A stretch of 64,000 nucleotides of DNA, from the NCBI RefSeq assembly GCF_009914755.1, contig NC_060932.1; one strand, given 5' to 3'. The stretch's first letter is position 1. Each line of letters starts with the position of its first letter. This stretch comes from the human T2T-CHM13v2.0 reference genome, Homo sapiens. The notes under the pieces are model-generated. The model was not told where the DNA came from. It worked only from the letters and a program-made list of their open reading frames with translations, and made no database searches. The translations under genes and the position numbers were made by a program. Of this stretch, positions 26,480 to 39,770 are shown in pieces.

Positions 26480-28000
26480 CAGCACGAGTGTCTCGGGCCC
26501 CTGCAGGGGCTAAGACCCCACAGAAGGCCCGACCAGCCGCGCACCTGCCTGGAGCCTGCGCCAGTCACTTTGCAGCCCCACCACTCAGCTTCGCGTCTGG
26601 CCATGTAGGCGGCGCCTGCGCGCACGCCCAGGGCTATCGTGAGAATGGCAGACTGGAGCCCTTTGAAAGACGCTTCCAGCCCCGGGCATCTAGGAAAGGT
26701 GCTTGATGAGGTCTGGGGTAAGAGACCCCCATCCAGTAACCAGCCTTGGGGCCTCCAGTGTCTGGCCTGGGCCCCTCGTCAGAAGCTGGGACTGGTCCTG
26801 AAGACCTGCGGTCCGGGCAGCTCGGGCTGCTGTCCTGCCTGTGCCTTAGGGTTTGCAGCTCTGGGCTCTGATGCAGCAGGGACTGGGTCTTAGAATCTAA
26901 CGACAGCCAGAGGTGGCCGATGCCGCGCCCCTGGCGGGACAGACACCCTGTGGTTAGTGGGGCAAACGCTCGCGTCTTTGCACCTCAGTTTCCTCATCTG
27001 GCAGCCAGAGATGCCTACACTTGCCCTGCTGGGTCGTCGGGGGGCGTGGCCCACGGTAGGCGCTCGCGGGCAGTCGTGGCCGCGGGTCCTATGAACTCCT
27101 GCCGTTTGGGGGTGGGTGAGGCCCTGGGCGTGGGGTCCCCCTGCGCCCTCCATGCGGACAAACTTCTGACAGTGGCGCAGTCACGTTGCCACAATTGGGG
27201 GAAACTGCCTTGGTTTCGGGTTTAATGAGAAAATGGATGTTTGGGTTTGGTTTCATCTGAGGTTTGGCGAAGGCATGCAGTTCCTCTCCACTCGCGGGGG
27301 CTGCCCGGGCCGGTGAACCGACAGGGCGCTAGGACCCGGGGCGCGCTCGGACCCGGGGCGAGAACGCGAGGCCGGGATCGCGGTGAAAGGCTCGCGGCGG
27401 AGAGCTCGGCCGTCGCCAGGCAACCGCCCTGACGCAACGCAGGGGGAAAAAAAAAAGTCCTTTCCGAAAGGAGCAGCGCCGAGAATTCACCGGAGCTCGG
27501 GGAGGCGAGGCGGGAGCCCTGAGCTGAGGCCGGGCAGCGCGGACCCGCGCAGGAGGAGGCGGCGGGGACACCGGCGAGTCCCCAGCAGGGCCCCTGGGCT
27601 CCCGGAAGGTGGGTTCGCGCCGGCGGCGGGGACTTTCCCAGGGACTGGGAGGTGTGGCCGCGGCGGGCGGCGCAGTCTGGGCAGGGGCTGAGGCGTCGCA
27701 GGTCCCCAGCGCGAGCAGTGGCCCGGAGCAGCCCGATCCCAAAGCTCCCTGGAGGGGACGCGCTCCTACCGCCCCCCCGGGAGAGGCCGCTCATGCGCTC
27801 CCGCGGGTTCGCTGCCCTCCCAGAGGAGCCGGGCAGCCAGGGCTGGACTTCATCTCCTAGCTCCTTGCTGGCCGTGTCCGGGCTCGGATTCTGGGTGGAG
27901 GTTCGGGGTCTGCCGTCTGAGAGGGAGGGCCGCACTCAGCCTCTCCGGGTCCACTCCCAGGCGGCTGGTGACCTCCAAGCCCAGCCTGGCTCCTGTGTAT
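26480..28000. promoter_or_regulatory. CpG island / FAM167A promoter
   Basis: High GC and CpG density; NRF1-like GCGCCTGCGC 26612-26621; RFX X-box GTCGCCAGGCAAC 27412-27424; CRE/ATF-like TGACGCAA 27430-27437. Confidence 0.9.
27470..27608 (+). other. FAM167A: FAM167A non-coding exon 1 (5'UTR)
   Basis: Lies in the CpG island and ends at donor AAG|gtgggt (27608/27609); no ATG; TSS approximate. Confidence 0.75.
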
Positions 28001-31000
28001 AGGTTCAGTGAGATGGAAGTTTCTGTCCCCACGGATGCGGTCCCTAACTAATGGGAGGTGGCCCAGGGCACCTGGACCCAAGGGTGCTCTAAGGACCCAA
28101 GCCAGTGTGACCTGAGGGAACGGCACAGCCGCAGGGGCCCCCGGGAATGAGCAGGTCAGCCGTGAAGGTGGGCACCCTGAGTCACCGAGACACCGGAGCA
28201 CAGACGGCGGCGGGGAGGGTGTCTTCTTCAGCCAAGTTAGGTTGGATGTATAGGTTTTCTGCACACCCGTTACTGCCTGGTTTTTATTCCCGGCGGGGCT
28301 TGGAGGGAATTCTGAGGACTGGGACCTCCTGGGAAGATCTGGAAGGAGGGTTGACTCTAGGTTGGGGGCTGGCCACTGCCGTATGCCTGCAAGCAGGTTC
28401 TCCCAAGTCAAGTTTCCACAAACTCCCCGTCATTGCTGGAGAATCCCAGAAGATGAGATCAGGTCCTATCCACAGGGTTTTCACCAAGGGGCACATGCTC
28501 CAAAGCAGCTTCCCACTGACACAGTAGACACAGTCCTGCCCCTCACTAAGCTCGGGATGGAGCGTGGAGAGCGTGGACAAAGTCTTGGGAAAGCAGAGGT
28601 GCTGTGGCGCCTGTTGCCTGAGGGCGTTGGCAGGATAGGAACTTCTGCAGCGTGTTTTTAAGGAGCTTGGAAAGCAGCCATGGGCTGTGCTTGGAATGGA
28701 TAAAGATGACAGCTCTTCTTTCTTGAGTGCATTTATGGACCATGCACTACTTAGAAACCCTTCGCATCCCTTGGTCACTCCATCCTCCCCATCAGTCTTC
28801 AAGGAGACTCTATTATCCGTTTTGCCAATGGGACTCTAAGAAATTGAGTGACCTGGTGTGGCTCCCACACCTGGTGAGAGAGCAGAGAGTCAGCCTCACG
28901 TGCCTGACTCCCGGGACAGTGCTCTCAGACGAAGGCTGCTTTGGGAAATCTGAGGCATCTAAGGCCCAGAGAGGGGCAGAAACCACTCACGCCCAGATGA
29001 AATGAGAACTGTGTCGTGGGGCTCATCTTATGACCTGAGAAGGTCCCCTGCCTGCTTGAGGAACCCTGTGGAGCCAGGAAAGCCATTTCTTCTATTAGGA
29101 GCTTGCAAGGCTGTGTTGTTGGGCCTGGCCGGCCTCAATTCTTCCCACCTGAAGCAGAAGAAAGGGTTGCTCCCCCACACCCTGTTCTCCTCCTTGCCTG
29201 CCCAGAGCCCCCAGACTCCCTGCGCACTTGCTCCTGTTCTTCTGGTCCTCGCAATTACATGCATGGATTTCTACTAAATTGCCAGTCCCCGCCTTCCTGT
29301 CTACTAGCTTGGCCCCCCTCCAGGAGGAACTCTGGCAGGGAAATAAATTAAGGCCATGCCTAACTATTTGCTGAGAGAGAGCCACAGAGCCCCAGGCCAA
29401 TGAGGAAGAAACTACTTGCTAGGCTTCTCACACCCTGGCTGCTGTGTTCTCTAGGCAAATCTTGCTCACAGAAAGCCCCGTTGGCCCTACAGGAGCCCCG
29501 GTATTCCCAGAACCCTTTGGGAGCTGTGCTTTCCCAAGGGACTTGAGCTGCTTGCAAAGGCGGAAAATGAGTAACTGAGCACTTTGCTCCTGGTTTCCAG
29601 ACCAGGGGTGGGAGAGCACGCACGTGCCACTAACTGGAAATCCCTTAGGATTAGCCTGGCTGGCTGTTACTGTGCAAATGCACCCCGAGACTTGGATTGC
29701 CATGTGGAGACAGGAAGGAAAAGCACAGACTGAAACAGACCTTGAGGGGCTGAGGATGGGCTACATGGTGGGCAGGGGGAGGTGGGGAGCAGGAAGGATG
29801 GGACAGGGTGGGAAAAGAGTTTAGGAGGGGCGGCAGGTGAGCCTCACTGGCTCTGCAATCACCTGTAGAGTCTGAGCTGCCACCGAGGGCCGTGTTGCCA
29901 GGATGAGTCAGGTAGGCCGCAGGTCTCAGCTTTTCCCTGGTTAGGACCGTTGCCCTGTCCATTAAAGGCCAACTCTTCCCCACCCTGACCCCTACCACTT
30001 CTCTCTGGAGAAGTGTTGGAGAGGAAGGACAAGCATGGAGAAAGAAGGTGAGCAGAGCAGTTCAAGGGGGGCTGCTCCCACCTCACCCCCTTTCCTTCTG
30101 CACACTGCCTGCCTGCTCATCTCTGCCAGGCAGCATCAAATCTCATCCATCAGCCACTCTCGAGAGGACTTTGCTGAGCAGTAGCCCAGTCTCCCTGTGG
30201 GCACAGCCGTCAAGGGGGCCTCTCTTCTCTAGCAGCAGCTGTCTAGCGTCAGGCTCCTCTCCATGCCAGGGCCCTGCCACGTGGCCTTAGCAAGCACATA
30301 GTAGCTCCCCCCAAGTTGTCATCTATAGTGGGGGGTGGCTTTGCTCCCCCACCACAAAGCTCTCTTCACTGAGGAATTTCCAGAAGGTCCCTCGGGTGCC
30401 CATAAGTGTGATCCTCCTCCCCAGCGGCCTTTGCAGAAACCTGAAGAGGATGAGGGTTCACCTTCTCCCACTGGGGGCATGGACCAAGCCCCCATTTCTT
30501 CAGTGTGGCCGGAAGTTCCCTCCAGGGCATCCTGATCCAAAGGTGGAAGCTGGCAGTAGATGCCCAAGGGCTCCCTCGCAGGGCTTGTCCCTTGGGCATC
30601 CCTAGAGGGACAGGCCCAGGTCAGACCCCATTTTCCAGGTCCAGTGGCAGGTATGGAAAGAGCCTAGGCAGTGACTTGTGCACTGGCTACAGTTCCAGGC
30701 CTTCTCGAAGGCTGGGCAGTGTTTCCTCATTCCAGGAAGCCAGCGGAGCCTCTGCGAGCTGGCTGGGCACAGCAGCCCCTAGGTCAGCAGGCTCATGCTT
30801 AGGGTGGTGGCCACCCAGGAAGGTTCTGGATGAGGGTCTTTGCCTTAGGGACCTGGCCCCCACTGTCCACCATCAAGTTGAAAGTGACACTACCTCCCTA
30901 GTCTTGTGATCAGCTCCACGCACTTCGCCCTGGAAGTCCCATGCCAGGCGTGAACTGACCTAAGTCCCTCCAGTCACAAAGGCACTTCCCAAATTTGGTT

Positions 31001-34000
31001 GTGTGGCTGCTGCTATTTTGTTTATTTGTTTGATAGCAGCCACTGAAAACTTGGAGGAAGGTGAAGCCAGCCTCATTATCAAGTTTGAATGAAAGCAGCC
31101 TCAGAGCAAATTCTGCCAGACGTACACATTTTTGGACAAATATTTACCTGAAACAAGTCCAGCGGAGTCCATACAGCCTGTCCTGTGGGCTCGGTGAAGC
31201 CCAGCAATCTGCTCTCTGCTGCCCTGACCACACCTCCCTGGAGCTCTCATGGATTCTTTTACCTGCTCTTTCCTGAGTCAAGAGTGTCTCTGAATTCATT
31301 TAGCCAACCCACACATCTTGAATACCTCTGTCTTTACCAATGAGAACGCATTTCTAATATTTACTTTGCTAATCATCAAATGCCCAATGCTGACCAGAGA
31401 TAAAGACGCTGAAGTGCCTGTCCCTGCTGCCTCTGGAGCAGATGCTTTCTGCTTCGAGGCAGTGGCTGCGAGTCGGGTAGGGGTGGGCGTTGCTGATTTG
31501 AATACATCTAGGTTGTAGCTGGCATAATGAAACCACACAGAACAGCCCACCATCTCTGCAAAGGAGTTTAGGATCCAAATGCACCACCCTGCCAAGGAAG
31601 CAGAAGGTGAAGGCCGTGCCCTCAGGGAGCGTGCAGTCTGGCGAGGTTGCTGATGCAGTAGAGTCCTGAGCTCACAGTAAAATGCTGTTCTGCACGCTTC
31701 AGTTAACTTTCGCAGTGCAGGAGCCATTTCCCAATTCGATGGACCAAGGAGAGTGACAGCCAAGCACAGTCAAGAGCAGGAGGTGACAGTCGTATTAGAG
31801 GTGTAACTAAAAATTCACGTAAACTTGATCTCATTTGGTCCTTCCAAGACTGTGAGGTACGATCCATTACAATCCTGTTTCATGGATGTGGAACCTAGGC
31901 CTAGGAGGGTTGAATCTGTTGATCAAGGTCATAGAACTAGTAAGTGGCAGGCTGGCTGTCAACCAACCCACGTCCCCCGACACCCGGCTCTGCCCTGTTC
32001 TAACTTGCTCCATCCCTTTCTCCTGCTCCTGATTCCTTTCCTCTGCGAGGTGTGAACCCGGGAGGCTTCAGCAGCCAAGTACCTCCAGCGCAAGCTGACA
32101 CGGCAGGGAAGCAAAGTCACACATCCCATTTTCTGCCCTGCCTGCGGGCACTCAGGCCATATGTCCCTGCCAAACCCCAGTGCAGGCACAGCGCTGCACC
32201 TGCAGCCACTTACAGGCTGCACTGGGCAGTCCAAGCCAGGCTGAGGCCACACTGGGACCCCACTGCGTCCAAACACCAGGAAACCCTAAGGACCCTTCTA
32301 GCCCCTGAGAGGTCAGGACCCCCAGCCCGAACGTGGAGGTGCCCAGTTGGCATAAGCACAGGGAACACCGTGAAAGGCCTTACGAAGCCTTTTAGAAACT
32401 CTGGGCTTTGGAACTTGTGCTGCAGAGTAAAATAGAAATCAGATCATCTGGACAAATCCCCCCTTGAGCTGGCGTTTGTTGATTCTGCCTATTTTCAACT
32501 TGGAGCCAATTATCCTGTGGATTCAAATAGTCCTAGATCTGCCTTGTTTGGAGGCTGAGGCCAATGCCAGCTGGTTAGGAGCCACTCTGGTGGGCTGAAG
32601 CCACAGGGGAGGGCACACATCCCCCGTGTCCTTAGCTGTGCCCTGGTGTCTGAGTTTCAGCCAGCTGGGAAGTGTTTCCTGTTTGTATAGCCAGGGTACC
32701 GGCCTGCGCTGCATTCTGCTTTCATCTCTGCAGATTGCTTTAAAGGCCACTCTGTGTCTACTTTCTGCCCTCTAATCCCCACTGCCACCATGGCCTTTGG
32801 CCAGAAAAGCCCTGGGTCTCATGTGGCGGTTGGCGGGGCGGCAGCAGGCTGCCTTAGCCCGTCTGGGCATCCCTGCCTTGTCGAGCGTTTCCCGGGAGGA
32901 AAACCACATCCTTCTCTTTTTTTCCCATGGCTACTTTCCCCCTCCCCATCTCCTCCAAACTGTCAGATTCTCAGGCACCTCTTCCTGCCTGCCAGGGCCG
33001 CCCTTTCCCAGAGCCCCGCAGCCTTGGAAGGGACACACCAGCGACTGGGCGTCCCAAGAGCCCCTCTCCCTGCAGTGGCCCTGGGCTTTCTCCCCGCCTT
33101 GCAGGGAGCCCATAAATTAGATCTGTGGCTCCCAGGAGCCAGGGCCTCTTTCTGACCAACAGGGAAGCAGTATTTCTTGGCAATTTTCTCAGCAGCCTCT
33201 TTCACCGGGCTAAATGAAAAGGAAGGTTTCCGCGCTCCCAGCCTTCCTGCAGGAGGACTGTGCGTCAGCTTGAAGCAGCCTGAGCCCATCAATTATTCAG
33301 CATGGACCCAGCACTTTGAATTTGCAAAGGTCTTAAGTATTTTTATAGATTCTTTTCTCATAATGTCCCAGCGAGACAAGCAAGGTTTCCCTGTTTCCTA
33401 GACAATAGATGCAGGGTTCAACTCGGAGTCAGAAGACTTGGGTGCAAGCGCAGCCAGCGCCACTCATGGAGCTGTGGGACCTGGGGCAGTTCTTTCGATG
33501 GCTCTGGTGTGCAGTTCTCTGTGGTATAATTCTTAGGAAGGCCTCCCTAGCCCAGGTCATTGTGTGTGTGGGGAAAAAAATTTGCAAATGCAGTGTGATT
33601 AAAAAATGCATGTGGTTGCTCTTGTTGCACCAGGTGTGGAAACGGAAGCTTCTATCCTGAGCTGAAGTGCAACCATTAGCGTAGGACACTGCAAACCGGG
33701 CTCTGCTGGGAGACAGTCCCCAGGGAAACGTGGGCGAGTCGGCGCCTCTACTCCCTGGCCCCGTGGGGGTGGCTCCATGACATGGTGGTCCCACTACCTG
33801 CTGCTGTGGGCTGACTCTGCATGTGTCAGGGTGGAAGAGGGCACGGAGGTCATCACACCCAAACCAATGGCTTAGGGTGGGATGGGACCCCAGTAGCTGA
33901 CTCCCAGGTCGGGAACTCTTTTCTCTTCCACACCAGGCTGGCTCTGTCCAAAATGTTTCTCCCGCTCCCATCGGCAATGCTGGGACCCCAGGCAGGAGGC

Positions 34001-34206
34001 ACCGAGGGCTGCCTAAAGCCGGAGTGTTAGGGCAATCTACGGGTGCAGCCCACTAGGGCGCCTGCCCCTCCCAGAGCCCTGTAGTGGGTTTCATGCCATG
34101 TACCCATCCTCTCACACTGGTGGCCCCAGCATCACAGCTGTCCCTGGGACTGGCCCAGGAGCCACCTCCATCAACCAAAACAAGCAGACAAATGAAATGA
34201 GTCCCT

Positions 34207-34515
34207 GGCCTGGTGCGGTGGCTCACGCCTGTAATCGCAGCACTTTGGGAGGCCGAGGCAGGCAGATCACCTGATGTCAGGAGTTCAAGACCAGCCTGGC
34301 CAATATGGTGAAACCCCGTCTCTACTAAAAATACAAAAATTAGCCAGGTGTGGTGGTGGGTGTGGTGGTGGGTGCCTGTAATCCCAGCTACTCAGGAGGC
34401 TGAGGCAGGAGAATCACTTGAACCTTGGGAAGCAGAGTTTGCAGTAAGCCGAGGTCGTGCCGCTGCATTCCAGCCTGGGTGAGAAGAGCAAAACTCTGTC
34501 TCAAAAAAAGAAAAG
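34207..34515 (+). mobile_element. AluSx-type element with an internal 12-bp duplication (ggtgtggtggtg x2)
   Basis: Alu dimer; TSD AAATGAAATGA(G/A)TCCCT at 34190-34206 and 34516-34532. Confidence 0.94.
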
Positions 34516-37094
34516 AAATGAAATGAATCCCTGTTCCAGTTGAATTCCAAAGAGTCGTGTGACTTGTCCAGCGTCACAGGTTGTTAATGGCAGAACTTCC
34601 CTTAGGCTGAGGTCCCCTCACTGCCCAGCCCTGCCCAAGGACTAAGACCCCAGCCCCGGAAAGAGGCCCTCCTGCCACAGCAGCTGTACTCACAGCACCC
34701 ACGTGCTTGGCACTGCAGACCGAGGCGCTCGGTCTCTTCTTCCTCTTCTGCCCAGAACAATTTTACAGAAAAACAAAGCATTGCCTTGGGAATATTTCAG
34801 TGTTATTTGCCCCTGAGGTTTCTAGGAACACTGGACTTGTAAGTACTATAAAGCTCACATGCCTGTTACTTCTGTGCAAATGGAGCCACCTGAAAGATGG
34901 TCACAATGGTGGAGTTGGGGAGACTTGAGCTGGAATGGTGGTTCCTTCCCTGACCTGCTTGTGAACTGTGGTTTCCTTGCCTGCAGTAGAGATAATACGA
35001 GACACTAGATAATACCAGTCATGCCTCAGGGTCATTTCAAGGGCTAAACTAGATATTGCACAGTGCCTGGCACAATAAAAAAGGTCTCCTCTTTTCCTCC
35101 TCCTTCTAACAATTTTCATTTATTTCTGTATAAATGAGAAATAGAGAAATGGGTGATAGAGAGAAAAGTAGTCATTCATGCGTTTATTTTATTATCAGAA
35201 AGTATGTGTTGAAGTTGTACTGGTTATACCCAGCAGGTGGCCATGAGCAGCAGGGGGAAGAACTGGGGGCGAATTCGCCCTCCTGAAGCCCAGGCTAGTG
35301 TGGGCAGTGCCGTTCCAGCCTCTCTTGATGGCAAGAGAATCTTCTGGTGCATTTCACTGGGAAGTTCAGCTCTTTAGGTTCTGCTGGGCCTAAGGGCTCA
35401 GAAGATGTCAGGATGCTCTCTCTTTCTCTCTCTTTCTGTTTTTTTTTTCCCTTAGTTCGCCTTACCTCAGGCTTATTCCCTTTTTACTACAGACGGGCTT
35501 TCTCCAGACTCTGGAAACTCCAAGCTTATATCCTCCCAGCTGAGCTGCTCCTGATGAAAATACCCTATTTCTCCAAGTGTCTGTGTTTAAATCCCATGAA
35601 AATATTCTGATTGGTCTTTTGTGGCCCATTGCACATCCCCAGGCCCAGTCACTATTGCCAGAGTAAGGGCTAAAATGAACGTCTCTTTCTAGGTGTCGTG
35701 AGTGTTCCTGGGGCAGGGGTGATGGGCAGGTGCTGTGACTCATGGTCCCTTCAGAACCACCTGAAATTAGACAGGAGTGATGCCCACAGAAGGGATGCTG
35801 GAAAAAGATAGATCTGTTCACCCGAGAGGCACATCAGAAATGTGACTCAGTAAAACCATCCAGCAGGTGCACTGCTGCACTGAGAGTGGGCAGGAAAGTG
35901 CTCAGATCCAAGTGTGAAGGGAGGAAGCCATCAGCTCCATTCGGAAGAGCACAAAAGACTGTCGAGTGAGGTGCTGTTTGATCCAGGCTTGAAGACTGAG
36001 TCAAATTCAAACATAAGGCTATCGCGGAAGGATGAGACATAAAGTTGAGACCAGCATCCCAAACCACCCCATCTCAACTCAAGAAAGATGACTCAGCCAC
36101 CAGAAGCATTCTGACTTTGAAAGTCTTACCCATGAAGCTGTGGGAGGTCTTCTGCTGGGGAGATGTCATCTGGAGCTGTGAACGACTCTGGCTGGACTTT
36201 GTTCGCTGACTTCACCGCATCAGCGTCATCAGCACACACTGAACATCTGCTGTTTACAGGGCCCTGTGCTCGGGACACAAAAGGTGCAGCAGTGTCCTGC
36301 CCCTCAAGGAGCTGATGTCTGGTCAGGAAGACAGGACCACAGACTCCCACAGTTCAAGGTCATGCGGGCCAGTGTGCAGTCAGCATGAGGAAAGCAAGTG
36401 ACTGGAGAATTCAGAGAAAGGTGGCCTGGAAGGTGGGGAGTGTGAGAGGGCTTCAGGGAGGAGGCGAGCCCTCGGATGAGCTTTCAGGCAGTGCAGGGCC
36501 TAGCTCGCCAGTGAGGGCCAAAGACAAGGACAAAGGGCCAGATGGACTGCCCAGAAAGTCCTCTTCATTCATTCATGTACCCACTCTCTTACTCAGCAAG
36601 TTTCCTGAGCACCCGCTGTGTGCCGGGCACTGCTCTGAGTGCCGGGGTCACAGTCAGGAACAGAATTCGGAAGCCCCTGCCTGCTAGGAGCTGGTATTCT
36701 CAAGGGTGGGACACACAGACACCAACAAACATCACGGAGTAAGTGATGAGCTCCAGAAGCACCAGGAAGGCGAGCGCTGGGCTCCATCCTGTGGCCCAGG
36801 CTGGGGTTTGCGTGGAGATGAGGTTCAAGCAGAACCAGGCATGAAGCAGCCAGCATATGACATTGTGGCACAGCATCAATGTCCTTCAGAAGAGACTGCC
36901 GAGTTCTCACAAGGGTGTGCAGCAGGGAGGGGAAACCCCGGCAGCAAACAGGAGGCTTCCAGGAAGGGGGAAGGCTAGTGCTGTCCTGGCTGGACATGTG
37001 CCAGAGGGAATGCTTACCCGGCAGGGTAGACCACAGGGGTGCTTGGAGAAAACCCCAGGAGCGCTGTCCTGTGGAGCCCTGATCCCACCCACAC

Positions 37095-37549
37095 CCCTAA
37101 CCCAGCCCCGCCCACTTCCCCAACCCAGCCCCGCCCACTTCCCCAACCCAGCCCCACCCACTTCCTTAACCCAGCCCCGCCCATACCCCTAACCCAGCCC
37201 CGCCCACTTCCCTAACCCAGCCCCACCTACATCCCTAACCCAGCCCCGCCCACTTCCCTAACCCAGCCCCGCTCATACCCCTAATCCAGCCCCACCCACT
37301 TCCCGAACCCAATCCCCCCATTTCCCTAACCCAGGGCCCAACTCACTTCCCTAACTCAGCCCTGCCCACTTCCCTAACCCAGCCCCACCCACGTCCCTAA
37401 CCCAGCCCCACTCACTTCCCTTAGCCAGCCGCACTCCCCTAATCCAGCACCACCCACGTCCTTCACCCAGCCCCGCCCATGTCTCTTACCCAGCCACACC
37501 TACATCCCTAACAGCTCTGCACATGTCACTAACTCAGCCCTAGCCATAC
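37095..37549. repeat. 23-bp minisatellite, ~20 copies, consensus CCCTAACCCAGCCCCGCCCACTT
   Basis: Units counted directly; more degenerate toward the 3' end. Confidence 0.95.
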
Positions 37550-39605
37550 CCAGAGCACACACCCAATAGAGCAACCACCTCACACTCGTATATTCACACA
37601 CCTAGCAGGGCAGCTACCCACACTCTCACACTCATCCACCCAGCAATGCAACCACCCCCCACACTCACACTCACACACCCAGCAGGGCAGCCAGCCCCCA
37701 CACTCACACTCACACACCCATCAGGGCAACCACCCCCCAAGCACTCACACATACAGCAGGGCAACTACCCACACTCACACACTCATACACCCAGCAAGGC
37801 AACCACCCCCCACACTCACACTCACACTCACACACCAGGCAGGGCAACCACCCCACACACACACCCAGCAGGGCAACCACCCCACACTCACACCCATACA
37901 CACCCAGCAGGGCAACCACCTCACACTCACACTGATACCCACAAGGCAACCAACCCTTACACTCACACACACAGCAAGGCAACCACCCCCCACACTCACA
38001 GCAAGGCAACCACCCAACACTCACATACCCCCAGCAGGGCAACCACCCCTGACACTCACACTCACACTCATGCACAGCAAGGCAACCACCCCTCATTCAC
38101 ACACCCAGCAAGGCAACTACCCCCCACACTCACACTCACACACAGCAAGGCAACTACCCCCCACACTCACACTCACACACAGCAAGGCAACCACCCCCCA
38201 CATTCACACTCACACACAGCAAGGCAACCACCCCCCACACTCACACTCACACACAGCAAGGCAACCACCCCCCACACTCACACTCACACACCAGGCAAAG
38301 CAACCACCCCACACACGCACCCAGCAGGGCAACCACCCCACACTCACACCCATACACACCCAGCAGGGCAACCACCTCACACTCACACTGATACCCACAA
38401 GGCAACCAACCCTCACACTCACACTCACAGCAAGGCAAACACCCCCCACACTCACACCCATACACACCCAGCAGGGCAACCACCTTACACTCACACTGAT
38501 ACCCACAAGGCAACCACCCCCCACACTCACTCACACTCACACAGCAAGGCAACCACCCCCCACATTCACACACACACACAGCAAGGCAACCACCTCCCAC
38601 ATTCACACACACACACAGCAAGGCAACCACCTCCCACACTCACACTCACACACAGCAAGGCAACCACCCCACACTCACACTCATACCCAGCAGGGCAACC
38701 ACCCTACACTCCCACTCATACCCACAAGGCAACCACCCCCCACACTCACTCACAGCAAGGCAACCACCCCACATTCACGCACACCCAGCAGGGCAACCAC
38801 CCCTCACACTCACACTCACACTCAGCAAGGCAACCACCCCACACTCACACTCATACCCATAAGGCAACCAACCCTCACACTCACACTCATACACAGCAAG
38901 GCAACCACCCAACACTCACACAACCCCAGCAGGGCAACCACCCCCAATACACTCACACTCATGCACAGCAAGGCAACCACCCCCGACACTCACACACTCA
39001 TACACCCCGCAGAGCAACCATCCCCCACACCCACACTCACATTCACACACAGCAAGGCAACCACCCCCAACACTCACACCCAGCAGAGCAACCACCCTGC
39101 ACACTCACACTCAGGTGAGGCAACCATCCCACACTCAAACTCAAAGCAAGGCAACCACCCCCCACACTCAGACTCACACACCCAGCAGGGCAACCACCCC
39201 ACACACTCACACTCACACACCCATCAGGGCAACCACTCCCCACACTCACACATACCCAGCAGAGCAGCCACCCCCCACACTCACACACACCCAGCAGAGC
39301 AGCCACCCCCCACACTCACAATCACACTCACGCAAGGCAACCATCCCACACTCACACTCCTCACACTCATACACAGCAAGGCAACCACCCCCCACACTCA
39401 CACACACCCAGGAGGGTAACCACCCCCCCCAGACACACACAGAGCAAGGCAACCACCACCCACACTCACACAGCAAGGCAACAACCCCACCACAGTCACA
39501 CACACACACAGAGCAAGGCAACCACCACCCACACTCACACAGCAAGGCAACAACCCCACCACAGTCACACACACACACACACGCACACACACATATCCCA
39601 GCAAC
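37550..39605. repeat. ~2-kb CA-rich VNTR, unit ~30-36 bp (CAGCA(A/G)GGCAACCACCCCCCACACTCACACTCACA), roughly 60 copies
   Basis: Directly visible tandem array with variable CA spacers; copy number estimated from length. Confidence 0.95.
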
Positions 39606-39770
39606 CCATCCCTGCCACGTGCAGCACTGGGGCCGGGGTCAGGTCTCGGCAGGATGTCATCTCCATGTCAGGGCTCCTGACACCGGCTCTGACCAAGGCT
39701 TGGAATGCAGATGAGGCTGGAAAGGCAAGAGATGAGCGCCAGGGCTAGACAGCAGGGTCCCTCCTGCTCA

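Noticed and set aside
27222-28411. Multiple overlapping ORFs of 100-237 aa
   Set aside because: Expected stop-codon depletion in a CpG island; no recognisable homology.
37095-39605. Repeat-spacer appearance resembling a CRISPR array, or a true interstitial telomere
   Set aside because: Human DNA; the spacers are CA-rich variants rather than unique sequences, there are no cas genes, and CCCTAA is not tandemly repeated.
37646-39714. Long ORFs of 490, 449 and 199 aa rich in His/Thr/Pro/Gln
   Set aside because: They are translations of the VNTR, whose composition rarely forms stop codons; several frames are open at once and there is no gene structure.
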